A stretch of 64,000 nt of DNA from Eledone cirrhosa (lineage: Eukaryota). Shown one piece after another: positions 45,082 to 59,866 of this stretch. Both the position numbers and the translations under genes were made by a program. The DNA lies in assembly GCA_964016885.1 (NCBI GenBank), contig OZ024745.1:113088001-113152000 (forward strand), written 5' to 3'. Every line of letters starts with the position of its first letter. Position 1 is the first letter of the stretch. The notes beneath the pieces were generated by a model. It did no database searches. It was not told the DNA's origin and saw only the letters and a program-made list of their open reading frames with translations.

Positions 45082-45088
<7 letters not shown>
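44880..45088 (+). mobile_element. 3'-end fragment of the 10.9-13.9 kb PLE family with U3-A8 HHR at 44918-44955
   Basis: Matches the reverse complement of 10928-11062; TTGAAAA-GCAG(aagaa)CTAC-GAAA-CCGG-TA; ends at (TA)n. Confidence 0.85.
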
Positions 45089-45130
<42 letters not shown>

Positions 45131-45134
<4 letters not shown>

Positions 45135-45291
45135 AACGAGTAGGACCCCGATGGCTGAGCTCAAGCCGTTTCGAATCGGCTTGAGCTCAGCCGTCGGGGT
45201 CCTACTCGTTCCTATTACCCACTCTACTACCCTAAGTATTGAGTACTTTGGTGCGTTATGGTCCATCTGGTTCCTTACCACATTTCCTTCG

Positions 45292-45294
<3 letters not shown>
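45131..45294 (+). mobile_element. 164-bp fold-back element in (TA)n containing the 3' half of an HHR
   Basis: 84-bp palindrome 45131-45214 centred on TTCGAA; consensus of the arms CGAAA-CGGC(ttgagctca)GCCG-TC-GGGG; tail nearly identical to 58389-58467. Confidence 0.8.
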
Positions 45295-45335
<41 letters not shown>

Positions 45336-45377
45336 CAAGATATTAATAAATGGAAACTATATTTATAAAACCATATA

Positions 45378-45442
45378 TATTTTATTATATATATTTCAAG
45401 GGCGACCAAGCCAATCTTGGTGCGCTTTCATCAGATAAAATA
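45378..45442 (-). ncRNA. Type I hammerhead ribozyme (family A, within fragment 45332-45518)
   Basis: Reverse complement: TATTTTAT-CTGATGA-AAGcgcACCAAG(attgg)CTTGGTcgccCTT-GAAA-TATATA-TA-ATAAAATA. Confidence 0.85.
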
Positions 45443-45515
45443 CAAAATTTGTTTTATAAATACTGACATACCCATGGAAATCACACCTTAACGGTCAGAA
45501 ATTCGCTGGATAGTC

Positions 45516-45563
<48 letters not shown>

Positions 45564-45821
45564 TATGATGGATAGAGAGTAATGTCTTTCTTTAATCTGG
45601 GAACTTGGTAATCAACTTGAAATAAAGTTTCTTGCTCAAGGACAGAACGCAAAACCCGGAATCAAATTCACGGCCTTGTTTGTGAGCAGAACACCCTCAC
45701 CATTAAATAGTATACCTACAAAATTATCTGTACATAACCATCTATATATAATTATATCTTCGATAGTAACAGACTTCCAGAAACATGAGAGTATCCCCAA
45801 AAAGTAGCGTTCATTATTTGA

Positions 45822-46000
45822 TGGATTGGCAGTATCGGTAGAGGGTCGGACGCCATGTTTTCCAGCATAGTTACGTCCCTTTACGATCTGAGTTCAAATC
45901 CCGCCGAGGTTGACTTTGCCTTTCATCCTTACGGGGTCGATAAAATAAAGTACCAGTAATGTACTGGGTATTTGCTGGCCTTGTGCCTAAAGTAGAAACA
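45822..46000 (+). mobile_element. SINE family 1 (short form)
   Basis: Flanking ATTATTTGAT repeats; another partial copy at 46355-46493. Confidence 0.9.
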
Positions 46001-48038
46001 ATTATTTGATCTATACTGCTATATTGAGTCTCAGTCTTCCGTCGTTCAATATTGTATTTTTTCTACTTTCGTTGGATCAAATAAATACCAGTAATACACT
46101 ATATTTGTCTTTATGTAATTGCCACTAAAAGGAATTTTCGGAAAAACTTTTAGTAACATATGTTTGGTGTATCACGCTGACAAGTATGTCTTTTGAAAGG
46201 CATACCAAGTCAATATGAAAGGCATGACAAGTCAATATGAAAGGCATAACAAGTCAAGAATTATTTGAATATGACGTTGGATGGGACTGTCAGCAACGAG
46301 ATTTTAAGGTAGAATGTTGCGCAGGTCTAGTTTGCCTACTAGTATTCTAACGTTGAGCTACGGCCCTTTACGTTCCGAGTTCAAATCCCACCGAGGGTTG
46401 ATAAAATAAAGCACCAGTAATGAACTGGAGTTGAAATTAGTCGACATTCCCCGCCCGTTCAAATTGCTGGCCTTGCGCCTAAAGTAGAAACAATTATTCT
46501 AATGTGAGTAAAATAAGTAACATATTAAATATGGAACTGATATAATTATTAAGTATGAATTGAATAATTAAAAGAATATCTTTTAATTCTGTTACAGAAT
46601 TACATCCATTCAGTAAAATTTCAAAGTGGATTTTCTTTAATTCTCTGCATCCATAAATATCTCGTGGAGCTGGAAGTATTTAAAACAAACAATATACGCC
46701 TGCAAGAAAATACCCAAACATAAACTAAATGATAGTATGAGGATATGATGGTAAAACATTATTTTAAAAAAAAATATCAATGATGTTTTCATATTTACCA
46801 TATTTGATATGAAAAGAAGTATTCACTAAAAATTAAAATATTGCTAGTTATTTTTGTGATTTCCTTTCAAAATATCAATAAATTTCTAAAAATAGATTTT
46901 TAAAACGAGAAACTAATCATCACATCGCTGCAATTATATATTTTATTTGTCTTTCATTTTTACCGATTTTTAACTACTTTTTTAACGTTAAAATCAATAA
47001 CAAATAAAGAAGCAATCCTACACATTCATACAAATAGAGGACATTATGTGCTTTCCACGCAGTGTGAACGTCCGGTATGTATTGGCAATATTTGCTAATT
47101 GGAATCTGAATATGCTCACAGCAACGAAATCAAGAGAAGGTGGTATGTTTGCTTTATTCTAGTTAATGTGAAAGAGATAATTAAATGTAAATCGTTATAC
47201 CTGAAGCTCTTTCTCAGTGATCTACTGAAAAGAAACAAACTGTTTCCGGTCTTTGCTTAATCAGATAACAAAACAAACATTTCGTCTACGTTTTACCACT
47301 GACATATGCTTTGTTTTCTCAACATTTTAAAATGATATTGATTAACCATTCGGTTTCAATATTAATCGCTGTTATTAAGTACAATCATTATATAATTAAT
47401 TCCCGAAGTCTGCAATTAAAATTCCACATTGTTCTATCACAATCGCATCTCTAGATAAATGAAATAAAAACACATGACATCGTTTTGCCACAGAATATCA
47501 ACTGAGCTAATATATTAGGTCTTACACGCAAGCAAACACGTTCGAAGGGGAAATTAATATAAAACATATTTTCTACTCATCAATATTGCATATAGTGGAA
47601 CTTTCAGAAACGGCAGCGAAGCATTTATGCAACTGTTCAATAGATGTTTAGTAAGACATATGAATGGACATGTTTTTAAAATAATATTTTTTATGTTTCA
47701 TGTTGTAAGTCCAATAAATATATCAGACTTTATCATCTCAGTGACTTCGCTTTTGTTTCTAGTTAATACAATAATATAGTCAGACACAAAAGTATACCCA
47801 TGATTACTCGAGCTGCTTAAAATAGCAACCAAATTCCCTTCAAATTATATCCTGTCATGTTATAAATGAAGGAGATATTAAGTAATGTAGAAATAAATGC
47901 TCCTAAAAAGAGGTTACTGTCACAACAAAAATAATCATGAGTTTGACAGAGTTGACTTTGAGTTAAACAACATGCACACATCTCCACCCACACACATACA
48001 CACCCACACGTACACACACACACACATACACACATATA

Positions 48039-48168
<130 letters not shown>

Positions 48169-48180
48169 GGGGTGTATATG

Positions 48181-48513
48181 TATTATATACTATTTGATAT
48201 TTTATACAATAAACACATGAGAACCCTCGCTATCAAAGAAAAAGTATTTTTCTCTTTTACTCAGTGAACATGTCACGGATTTCTCAGTAGCTGTTGACAA
48301 TGCCAGAAAGCTATTCCAAGATTCGTTAATCTCTCATCAGTGATATTCACTCAACTGATACTGATATGAATAGATTTTGCAAGATAAACATTTTCTGGAG
48401 ATGCTCAATTACATATTGCAAATATGAAACATCGGCTGGAAATGCTCATTTGTTTATAGTGTGAACTTAACTAGTTATGATTAATTAGCGGTCCAACTAA
48501 GATTGCGTTAGGC
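48181..48513 (-). mobile_element. Putative retro-insertion flanked by an 18-bp direct repeat, with a decayed HHR at 48303-48343
   Basis: ATAATAGGGGTGTATATG at 48163 and 48514; reverse complement TCA-CTGATGA-GAGATT(aacg)AATCTT-GGAA-TAGCTT-TC-TGG. Confidence 0.5.
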
Positions 48514-48597
48514 ATAATAGGGGTGTATATGAAAATAACCAGTCAAGTTCACTCGGAATATCTCTATTGAGGTAAAAACAATTTCCACCATTGCTCA

Positions 48598-49854
48598 ACC
48601 ACAACTAATAATTGTTTCTACTTTTGGCACAAGGCCAGCAAATACCCAGTAAATTACTGGTACTTTATTTTATCGACCCCGTAAGGATGAAAGGCAAAGT
48701 TAACCCCGGCAGGATTTGAACTCAGAATGGCAAGGGCCGTAACTCTATGCGTCAAATCATGGCGTCCGAGCCTCTACCGGTACTGCCAATCCACCACAAC
48801 TAATAATGGTTTCTTATATAGGCCAGCAATTTTGGGGGAGGGGAAAGTCGATTAAATCAATCCCGGTACATTACTGGTACTTTATTTTATCGACCCCGTT
48901 AGGATGAAAGGCAAAGTTAACCTCGGCGGGATTTGAATTCAGATTATAAAGGCCCGTCACTCTATGAACCACAACTAATAATGATTTCCACATAGCCAAC
49001 AATTTGTGTGGAGAGGAAAGTTAATTACATCGATCCTAGTACGTGGATGGTACTATTGTGTATCGATCCTGAAACGATAACAGGAAAAGTTGACCCCTGC
49101 AGGATTTGAACTCAGAACGTAACATATCTCTATACCGCAAAGCATGTTGTTTGACGCTCTACAGCTACTGCCAATCCATCACCCTTCTTAGTCACAAATA
49201 ATTGTTTCTACTTTTGGCACAAGGCCAGCAATTACCCAGTACATTATTGGTACTTTATTTTATCGACCCCGTAAGGATGAAAGGCAAAGTTAACCTCGGC
49301 GGGATTTGAACTCAGACTGTAAAGGGACGTAACTATGCTAGAATGCATGGCGTCCAACCCTCTACCGATACTGCCAATTCACCGCCATTTTAGTCACAAA
49401 TAATGGTTTCTGATTTAGACCAACCAATTTTGGGGAGAGGCAAGTTGATTAAATCGCCCCCAGTGTGTTACTGGTACTTTATTTTATCGACCCCGTAAGG
49501 ATGAAAGGCAAAGTTAACCTCGGCGGGATTTGAACTCAGACTGTAAAGGGACGTAACTATGCTAGAATGCATGGCGTCCAACCCTCTACCGATACTGCCA
49601 ATTCACCGCCATTTTAGTCACAAATAATGGTTTCTGATTTAGACCAACCAATTTTGGGGAGAGGCAAGTTGATTAAATCGCCCCCAGTGTGTTACTGGTA
49701 CTTTATTTTATCGACCCCGTACGGATGAAAGACAAAGTTAACCTTGGCGGGATTTGAACTCAGAACCTAAAGGGCCATAACTCTATGCCGTGAAACATGG
49801 TGTTCGACGTTCTACAGATACTGCCAATCTGCCACCCTCCTTAGCCACAAATAA
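48598..49854 (-). mobile_element. Head-to-tail array of six family-1 SINEs
   Basis: Six cores; spacers ACCACAACTAATAAT (x3) and TTAGYCACAAATAA (x4). Confidence 0.92.
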
Positions 49855-51434
49855 CAAGGACAATGCTTCCAAACTCTTATATTTATCGTGTTACATTCAC
49901 CTACATTGACATACGCAAACACACACAAATACCGACACAGATACTGATGAACATGCAGTGTCTGTGCCTGTCTGTGTGTTTTTGTGTGTGTGTGTATGTG
50001 TGTGTGTGTGACTTGACTTTATGTAGAATTTTGTATCGAAACCTATCACACATTTTCCTGTTTTCACTGTCCCAAGTTTTATCCTATTTCAATTATCAAC
50101 TTGCTATTTACATATTGCTTTATTTAATTTTGTTTGTTATCATCATAGTATAGTTATAGCTCATACGCCCACCTTCACCCTCCCATATAAGATATTTACA
50201 TCTTTCAAATATTCATTTCTTTTCAACCAATCATACAGAGATGTTTTTTCTTTATCTTCTACCAGCCAATCAGTGCTCGCTATTTTATTTGATAGAACTG
50301 AAAAAGAACATTATTTTTATTTCTTTCAGTTGCATCTATTTTGAGCTGTGGGTTGTGTGTTTTTAGATATTTGGTTTTCTATAACTTGGATGGCATTATT
50401 TTGTTTCTTTATTTTTCTGTTTGAATTATAATTGAAGAGAATGGATTCTCTTTAGTGCATTGTTATGTTCATATGTTAGTTGCTGATTGTAGTGAAACTA
50501 TAAAATGCCAGAGTTATTTTTGTTTGGGGAAGAAAAGGGACTTTCAAATAAATGGGTAGAAGCTGGATGAATTTGGAAACCTTAAATTTCATAAACTTAT
50601 CAGTGAAAACAACAGACAATTAGCTATAGCTGCACAAGAAAGAAACAAAATATATTATAAAAACTATGAATTAACGAATCCTATAACCTACTGTCTAAAC
50701 AATAGATGGAAAGCAATAGACGTTAAATTGAAATTTTCAATCCAATCGAAGTAATCTATATAGTCAATTAGAATATGTTTTTTACTTGTAGTAAAATACG
50801 AAAGTGTTCAATAGTCTAATATAAATGTATATTTAGTACCTGTAACTACGACGGTAGGCTGAACGGTTCATAGCATTAATTCAAACTCCTGGTAATAACT
50901 CTTGTTAATAACAAACCTCATTTGGTCCTTCCATGACAGTATTTTGGTTAGCTATGGACTTTCCAGCATATGAACTTTTCGGCCGATCCTTGTACTTCCA
51001 TGCCATGGTTTTAGGCTAGTATTTCGGAAGCTGGATATAACGATCTTCAGTAGAGTTTTTTGGTAGTTTACTGAAACAAAAAAGACAAATCATTGATATG
51101 CTATGCTATCTGATGTGTGATATCATTGATATGCTATTTATATTGCTCTGAAGATGGAAAGCATCAATTTTATACTGTAACTATAAATGTTATACACATA
51201 ACTATACGTATAACAAAACATGTAGGCAATCCCTACTACAATGAAATAAACCCCCCCCCCCCCCACACACACACAGAGGCTAGAAGCAGACATTCGTGCA
51301 TAGTCACATGCAAATCAAAATAGCATATAACCCGCTTGTTAGAAGTAATACAAGGTACTTGAATAAATATAGTTGCTTCTGAAACACAATAGTATATAAC
51401 TCAGCCACACTAGGAATAAAAGCTACTCCTCAAT

Positions 51435-51476
<42 letters not shown>

Positions 51477-53001
51477 TCTGCTTCGACCCTATGTTGAGAA
51501 TGAAATTATTAATAACTTATAACCTGCGTGACAAAGCACTTCCTAGTCTTAATGAATAAGAACTGCCACAAAAACAACAAACTTAATAGATTATTAAAAA
51601 CGGACAACATAAAAACCAGATATTCCACTACGATTTTTATTAAAAAAATAAGAAAATATTTCGTTGCATAATCATAAAATCCTTTAAAGCAATACGAAAG
51701 AAAAAAAAGTCAATAGTAATTATAAAAACACTGAGTAACGTCGCTTGGATAACCAATGCGTGAGTATCAAGCCAATGAAAGGGAAAATATTCAACTGCAC
51801 TTTGCTTTACAACAGCTTAGTTGAAAACACATTTATGGGCAGAAGTAAATGCGCATCAGACCTTTTAGAAGCTATCAAGTATACAACAGTATATTGCTCA
51901 CAAAACATTTGTCATATGGCCCGTCTTCGGATATCCATGTTCTATTTTCGACAGATCAATTCTATATAATAATAGATCAAAATGATATAATTTAAGCTTC
52001 ATCAGAAATATGATACAATAAATAGCATTGCATATAAATAATGAACGAAAAGCCAGAGTAACTATTGACTCGCAGTTAGATCATGGCAATTATGCTGTCT
52101 TTACAGTGTAACACGTTCTATACACCACATCATGCAACACACATTAGTACTCTAACTTTATCATGTTCAGTTTACAGTTAGGGTTCAGGGTGAGCGTAAT
52201 AAGGTGAATGGGAAATTGAAAAATACTGAAATTGTGAAAATGTTCTCTTTCTTCTATCTTGTATTTTGGATTCAAAGGGCCATCCTTCTCACACACTGTG
52301 TCGTGCTGAATTTCCCTGAGAATTATGTTATGTGTACGCTTGTCTGTAGACTGCACATAGATTAGTACGTACATTTCACGAGCAGCCTGTTCCGTTGGTC
52401 AGAGATTTGGAGCACTCGTCGCCTGAACATACAAAAGTACCCCCCCCCCCCCCACACCACCACACATCTACACACATATGCACGCATATTCACAAATAGA
52501 TACACGCAGACGCAAGCAAGCACACACATACACACACACATACACACGCATAATACAATGAGCCCAAATATAGATTTTAATCAGTTGGAACTACACCCGC
52601 AATATTTGTCATAAGTTGCAAGGGAGAAATTTCCGAAATATAAACAGATGAAAATATAAATCGATTTAAATGAAGAGATGCAATACTGAGTGTGTCTGAT
52701 CCTTATTAATTGTGCTGAAAACTTTAGATATGTATCAATCACTATAGAATGCTTCTGAGAGCATATAAACTTTGTTATAAAATTATTCATTGATAAGGTA
52801 GTATATGTTTCAAGATACTGTAAAACAATTTATGTAATCTATTTCGGATATTAAAACGTTTATAATATCACTTGCTATTGAATATAGGATCAGGGAAAAA
52901 AAGAAGAATTGTGCAGTGCGTAGTATTTATGGCAACAAGTTATCATTATCTCTAATATAACAAGAAGTAGTTTTCATATTTAGAAGTTATACATATAATA
53001 G

Positions 53002-53195
<194 letters not shown>

Positions 53196-53954
53196 CAGAC
53201 ATAGAAATTAAGAGAGAAAAATTGTGTATTGGTGTATGCTAAACTATTAATCTCGTAAAAGTACATATATATTTTAATGGCGCAGAGCCAGAAACATTAA
53301 TTAAGGAGAACCATTTGCCTGTTGCTTGAGATTTCGCCATTTTATAATTCACTAGCAGTGGTACCCGGCGTTGCACGGGATAAGTTATTTTGGAACGCGG
53401 GCCGCCAACAGACCTAATCGTGGAAAAACTGCATGCCTGGACAATATGTAAAGAAAATAAACCGAATACTCTGATGGCTGGATAATCTTTAAGATTTTCG
53501 TCGATGAAGCAGGAAAAATGCAGGTTTTCACCTAATGCGAGCCTTAGGGGATCAAGAAAATGAATTTCTTTTTATGTGCATAATATGCCTTGAAATTTCG
53601 CTAAAATTGGCTAAACGTAATGCCTCCAAAAAGCCCTAAAAAGCTGAAAAAATGAAGTTTTTCACCTAATGCGGGCCCTAGGCCATAAAAAAGTTGGATT
53701 TTCTTTGTTCACGGTATGAAGAAGAGACTGACTAATACATAGTTACAATTTCAAGGAAATCGGTCTGACGTAACGCCTAAAAAAAACCTAAAAAGCTTTA
53801 AAAACGCAGTTTTTCACCTAATGCGGGCCATATGAGATCAAAAAGTTGAATTTTTTATGTGCATAACACTCCCTGAAACATAAGTAATCCACATGTAAAG
53901 TTTGAAAACAATTGGTTGGGTACTTCTCGAGTTTTAGGGATTCAAACTTAGACA

Positions 53955-54058
<104 letters not shown>

Positions 54059-54240
54059 GCCATCCTCAGGGAAGTTACGTAATGCAGACAGCCAGACATA
54101 TAGACAGATATTATAAGGGCGCGACGTTTCAAATTTTCAATGCCCTAGGGACCGCATTAGGCGATTTAGCGATCTCTCTCTATAATTCTTAGTCTTTCTT
54201 TTTAGATAGATACATAGATATAACGTTGCGCCGTTATAAT

Positions 54241-54386
54241 TGTTTCTACTTTAGGCACAAGGCCAGCAATTACCCAGTGCATTACTGGTACTTTATTTTA
54301 TCGACCCCGTAAGGATGAAAGGCAAAGTCAACCTCGGCGGGATTTGAACTCAGATCGTAAAGGGACGTAACTATGCTGGAAAGCAT
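54241..54386 (-). mobile_element. 5'-truncated short family-1 SINE nested in the Helitron
   Basis: 17-bp TSD CGTTRCGCCGTTATAAT at 54224 and 54387. Confidence 0.92.
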
Positions 54387-54679
54387 CGTTACGCCGTTAT
54401 AATATCTGTCTGTATGTCTGCTGTCTGCATTACGTCATTATGACGTGATCAGTGTGTGTGTTTGTGTGTGTATATATGTATCGTAATGCAGACAGCAAGA
54501 CATACACACAGATAATATAAGGGTGCAACGTTATATCTATGTATCTATCTAAAAAGAAAGACTAAGAATTATAGAGAGAGATCTCTAAATCGCCTAATGC
54601 GGTATTTCAAGGCCTTGTAGCTCACGATGGTCCGTGAAAGCATTCGAGTACAACCCTGACTTTGATTACAGAAGTTTAT

Positions 54680-54880
54680 TACAGAAGTTGATGCGGCATT
54701 AGCGGTTCGGCGAATGGTTCGTTGATTGTCTGTTTCAAGTGCTCTTCTGGTGGCAGTACGTTTAGCATCTTGCGACCGTCGAATAGCAGATTCCACTGAC
54801 GATTCGTTTGCCCGCCCTGTTCGTGTTGTTGCTGCTTTCGCAGTTTTTCGGCCAATGGAGTATCTCTTCCTTCGAGGCAT
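54680..54880 (-). pseudogene. Remnant of the Helitron Rep/helicase N-terminus
   Basis: MPRRKRYSIGRKTAKA..R.NES..R..ET..QR..RR basic helical repeats resembling animal Helitron ORF starts; lies just inside the Helitron 5' end. Confidence 0.65.
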
Positions 54881-56160
54881 GACCTAAAAGCAGTACGAAG
54901 TACACTGAAACTCACTGGTAGAGTAAGGAGTAAACTCGTCAGTGAATTAAAAACCGTTACATGTGATTTCCGAACGGGGTACGGATAGGGAGAGGGGTAA
55001 CAGTAAGAGCAGCGGTTGGAATGAGTATAAGTTAGTGAATATGTTGTCAGTAACAAAAATGGCGTAAATGAAACGCCACACGCAAGTACACACACACACT
55101 GAAGCACGCAAACGCAGAAACGCACGCAAACTCACACACACACATGTTAATAGATTTAACTCATAATGGACCCCTGTGCAAACACACACACACACACACG
55201 CGCACACGCACACGGGGCCATACAGGTTACATGTGTAAAGTTTGAAAAAAAACGGTTGGGTACTTCTCGAGTTTTAGGGAAACAGACACATAGACAGACA
55301 TCCTCTGTTTTATATATATATATGGATAATTTACTATTTTGTGATTTCTAGCGTCCTCATAGAACAGAGCCTACAAATTGCGCATTTAACACTTTAAGAA
55401 AAATAGAATAATTGTGAAAGATTTTTAATTCGACTTGTAATTTCGTGAATAAGAGATTTAAAACGAAAACTCTGATAGCATTGACAATTGCCAGCATTGT
55501 AAAAAAAATCAATAAATATTGTTTTGTTTTTCTTCATTTCAACGTCAAGTGTGTAAAATAAGTATATAAAAAATATCTCTTATTGACTCAAAATTAAATA
55601 TTATTGGTACTTGTCTGATTTATTTCTCGAAGGATTAAAAGGCAATGACTCAACTCCAACAAGATTAGTAATTAGAAAGATGTAACTAAATATATCACGA
55701 GATTTAAAGTTTTCCAACACATGGCCCACACATACCTATACAGAAACGCACATACTTATACCACATTGTTAAAGTATTATTTCATAATTATAATTTCATG
55801 GTACTTATACACAATAATGAAATGAGTAGTAATTTAGAAAATAAAAATAGTTATTATTTTGAAATATAATTAAAAAAATAACAAATTGCTCTTATGTAAG
55901 TTTACAATGAATATATATTATCGATAGCAATAATACTATAATAAACTGATAATGAAGAATATAGAGTAAATTTTACAAAAATAAAATCGAATTAAATTTT
56001 ATTTTTACTATATAATTAAATACTCGAATATATACAACTAAAAATAAATAGGTTATAATTCACACTTGCAATCAATATAAGCCTTGAATCTTTATTACTA
56101 AGTTTATATATATATATATATATATGTATATGTATATATATATATATGTATATGTATAGC

Positions 56161-58008
<1,848 letters not shown>

Positions 58009-58042
58009 CAGTTTAGCAGTGATATATATATATATATATGTC

Positions 58043-58098
<56 letters not shown>

Positions 58099-58222
58099 TG
58101 CGCAACCGGTAAAACTTAAAACCAAAACTGAATACTAACCAATACTATTACTAATTTTTACTTATTCCTAATTAAACTATTTTTCACTGGGAACAATTTG
58201 TTAGCATTTTCTTTTCCATTTA

Positions 58223-58284
<62 letters not shown>

Positions 58285-58288
<4 letters not shown>

Positions 58289-58465
58289 AACAAGTAAGAC
58301 CCCGACGGCTGAGCTCAGGCCGTTTCGACGGCTAATTCTGTACTGAGTACAGAATTAACCGTCGAAACGGGGGTCTTACTTGTTCCTATTACCCACTCTA
58401 CTACCCTAAGTATTGAGTACTTTGGTGCGTTATGGTCCACCTGGTTCCTTACCACATTTCCTTCG

Positions 58466-58467
<2 letters not shown>
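58285..58467 (+). mobile_element. Second copy of the short fold-back element (cf. 45131-45294)
   Basis: Hairpin 58285-58388 centred at 58345; the left arm retains GAAA-CGGC(ctgagctca)GCCG-TC-GGGG and the right arm lacks 17 nt. Confidence 0.8.
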
Positions 58468-58500
<33 letters not shown>

Positions 58501-58521
58501 TAAATGGAAAAGAAAATGCTG

Positions 58522-58580
<59 letters not shown>

Positions 58581-59039
58581 CGGTACTATTGGAATACCCA
58601 CATTTTATAGAGAACCATGAAATATATAATTTCCTTTGACAATGTATTTTTTCTGAAGTGCTGTTTCTTGAGATGAATCGATGTCTACATAGAGAGTAGT
58701 GAAGGTGAAGTCTTAGGAGAGAACATTTTTGCTAACCACAATGATTATTATTCGTTTGCCATTTTCAATTATGAAATGTTATCTATTATGTCATAAGCGC
58801 ACAAAAAATGAACGTGTTGTAGAAATGATTACATATAATTTGCCCAATTTAATGTACATGTTCATTTTGTTTTACTTTGCATTGTGACTATGCTACCCAA
58901 AGTATTGAAAACGTGTAGAAAACTAAGGTGTCATACATAGCAAACAAATTAACCAATCTTAAGTAGTGGATGTAGCATGGCAGAATTGTTACAAGGTTTG
59001 CTTTGTATTCATTAAGCTCTGGATTCAATATCCCTTACG

Positions 59040-59340
59040 AAGTATCTTGGGCAAGTGCTATTTACCACAGCCTCGAGTTGACCCATGCTGTGGGAGTGAA
59101 ATTGGTTAGACGGAAACTGTTGGATGCCCGTCGGATTGGTGGTACCCGGATTGGCGGTACCTGTAATTCAAAAGGCCAGCTTTGTCCTACACTACGTCAC
59201 GCCGAATCTCCCCGAGAATTAAGCTAAGGGATTACATGTCAACTTAAACGCTTGGTCAGCTTACATGCTGATTTCATGAGCTGGCTTTTGCTTTGCTTAA
59301 ATAACTGGAGTTCTCATTGTCGAAAACGACGGACGTCCAT
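59040..59340 (+). mobile_element. Diverged SINE-like repeat (family 2-related core)
   Basis: GTATCTTGGGCAAGTG core; 3' part resembles 52365-52425. Confidence 0.5.
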
Positions 59341-59549
59341 TCCAACTATAGAACGAATTCGACGCTTTAACAAGTCTTGATACACTGTTGTACATCTTTA
59401 ATTTCATAACAGATAATAGTGCATATAGTTGTCTGGAACTCTAGGTGCTTATAACTAGACAGTCCCAATAAATGAACAGCAGTAACTGCCTGAAATAAGA
59501 GGTAGGTTCTAAATATGAATATCAGAAATTTCCTATTACGAATGATCGA

Positions 59550-59866
59550 TTCTGATTTAGGGACAAGGCCAACAGTTTTGAGGGAGGAAGAGGTCAATTA
59601 AATCGATCCCAGTTCGTTATTGGTGCTCTATATTATCGACTCCGAAAGGATGAAAGGCAAAGCTAAATAATGGTTTTTGATTTAGGCACAAGGCCAACAA
59701 TTTTGTCAATTATATAGACACCAATAGTTACTGGAACTTTATTTCATCGAGCCCGTAAGGAATGAAGGCAAAGCTAACCTAGGGGAGTGGTGTACCCAGA
59801 ACATAAAGGTACGTTACTCTATGCCGCAAAGCATGTTTTCCTACGCTCTACCGACACTGCCGATCC
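59550..59866 (-). mobile_element. Two old tandem family-1 SINEs
   Basis: Two diverged cores (TATCGAC..AAGGATGAAAGGCAAAG). Confidence 0.7.

Noticed and set aside
48598-49854. CRISPR-like repeat-spacer pattern
   Set aside because: Spacers are ~200-bp SINEs, repeats are TSDs, there are no cas genes and the context is eukaryotic
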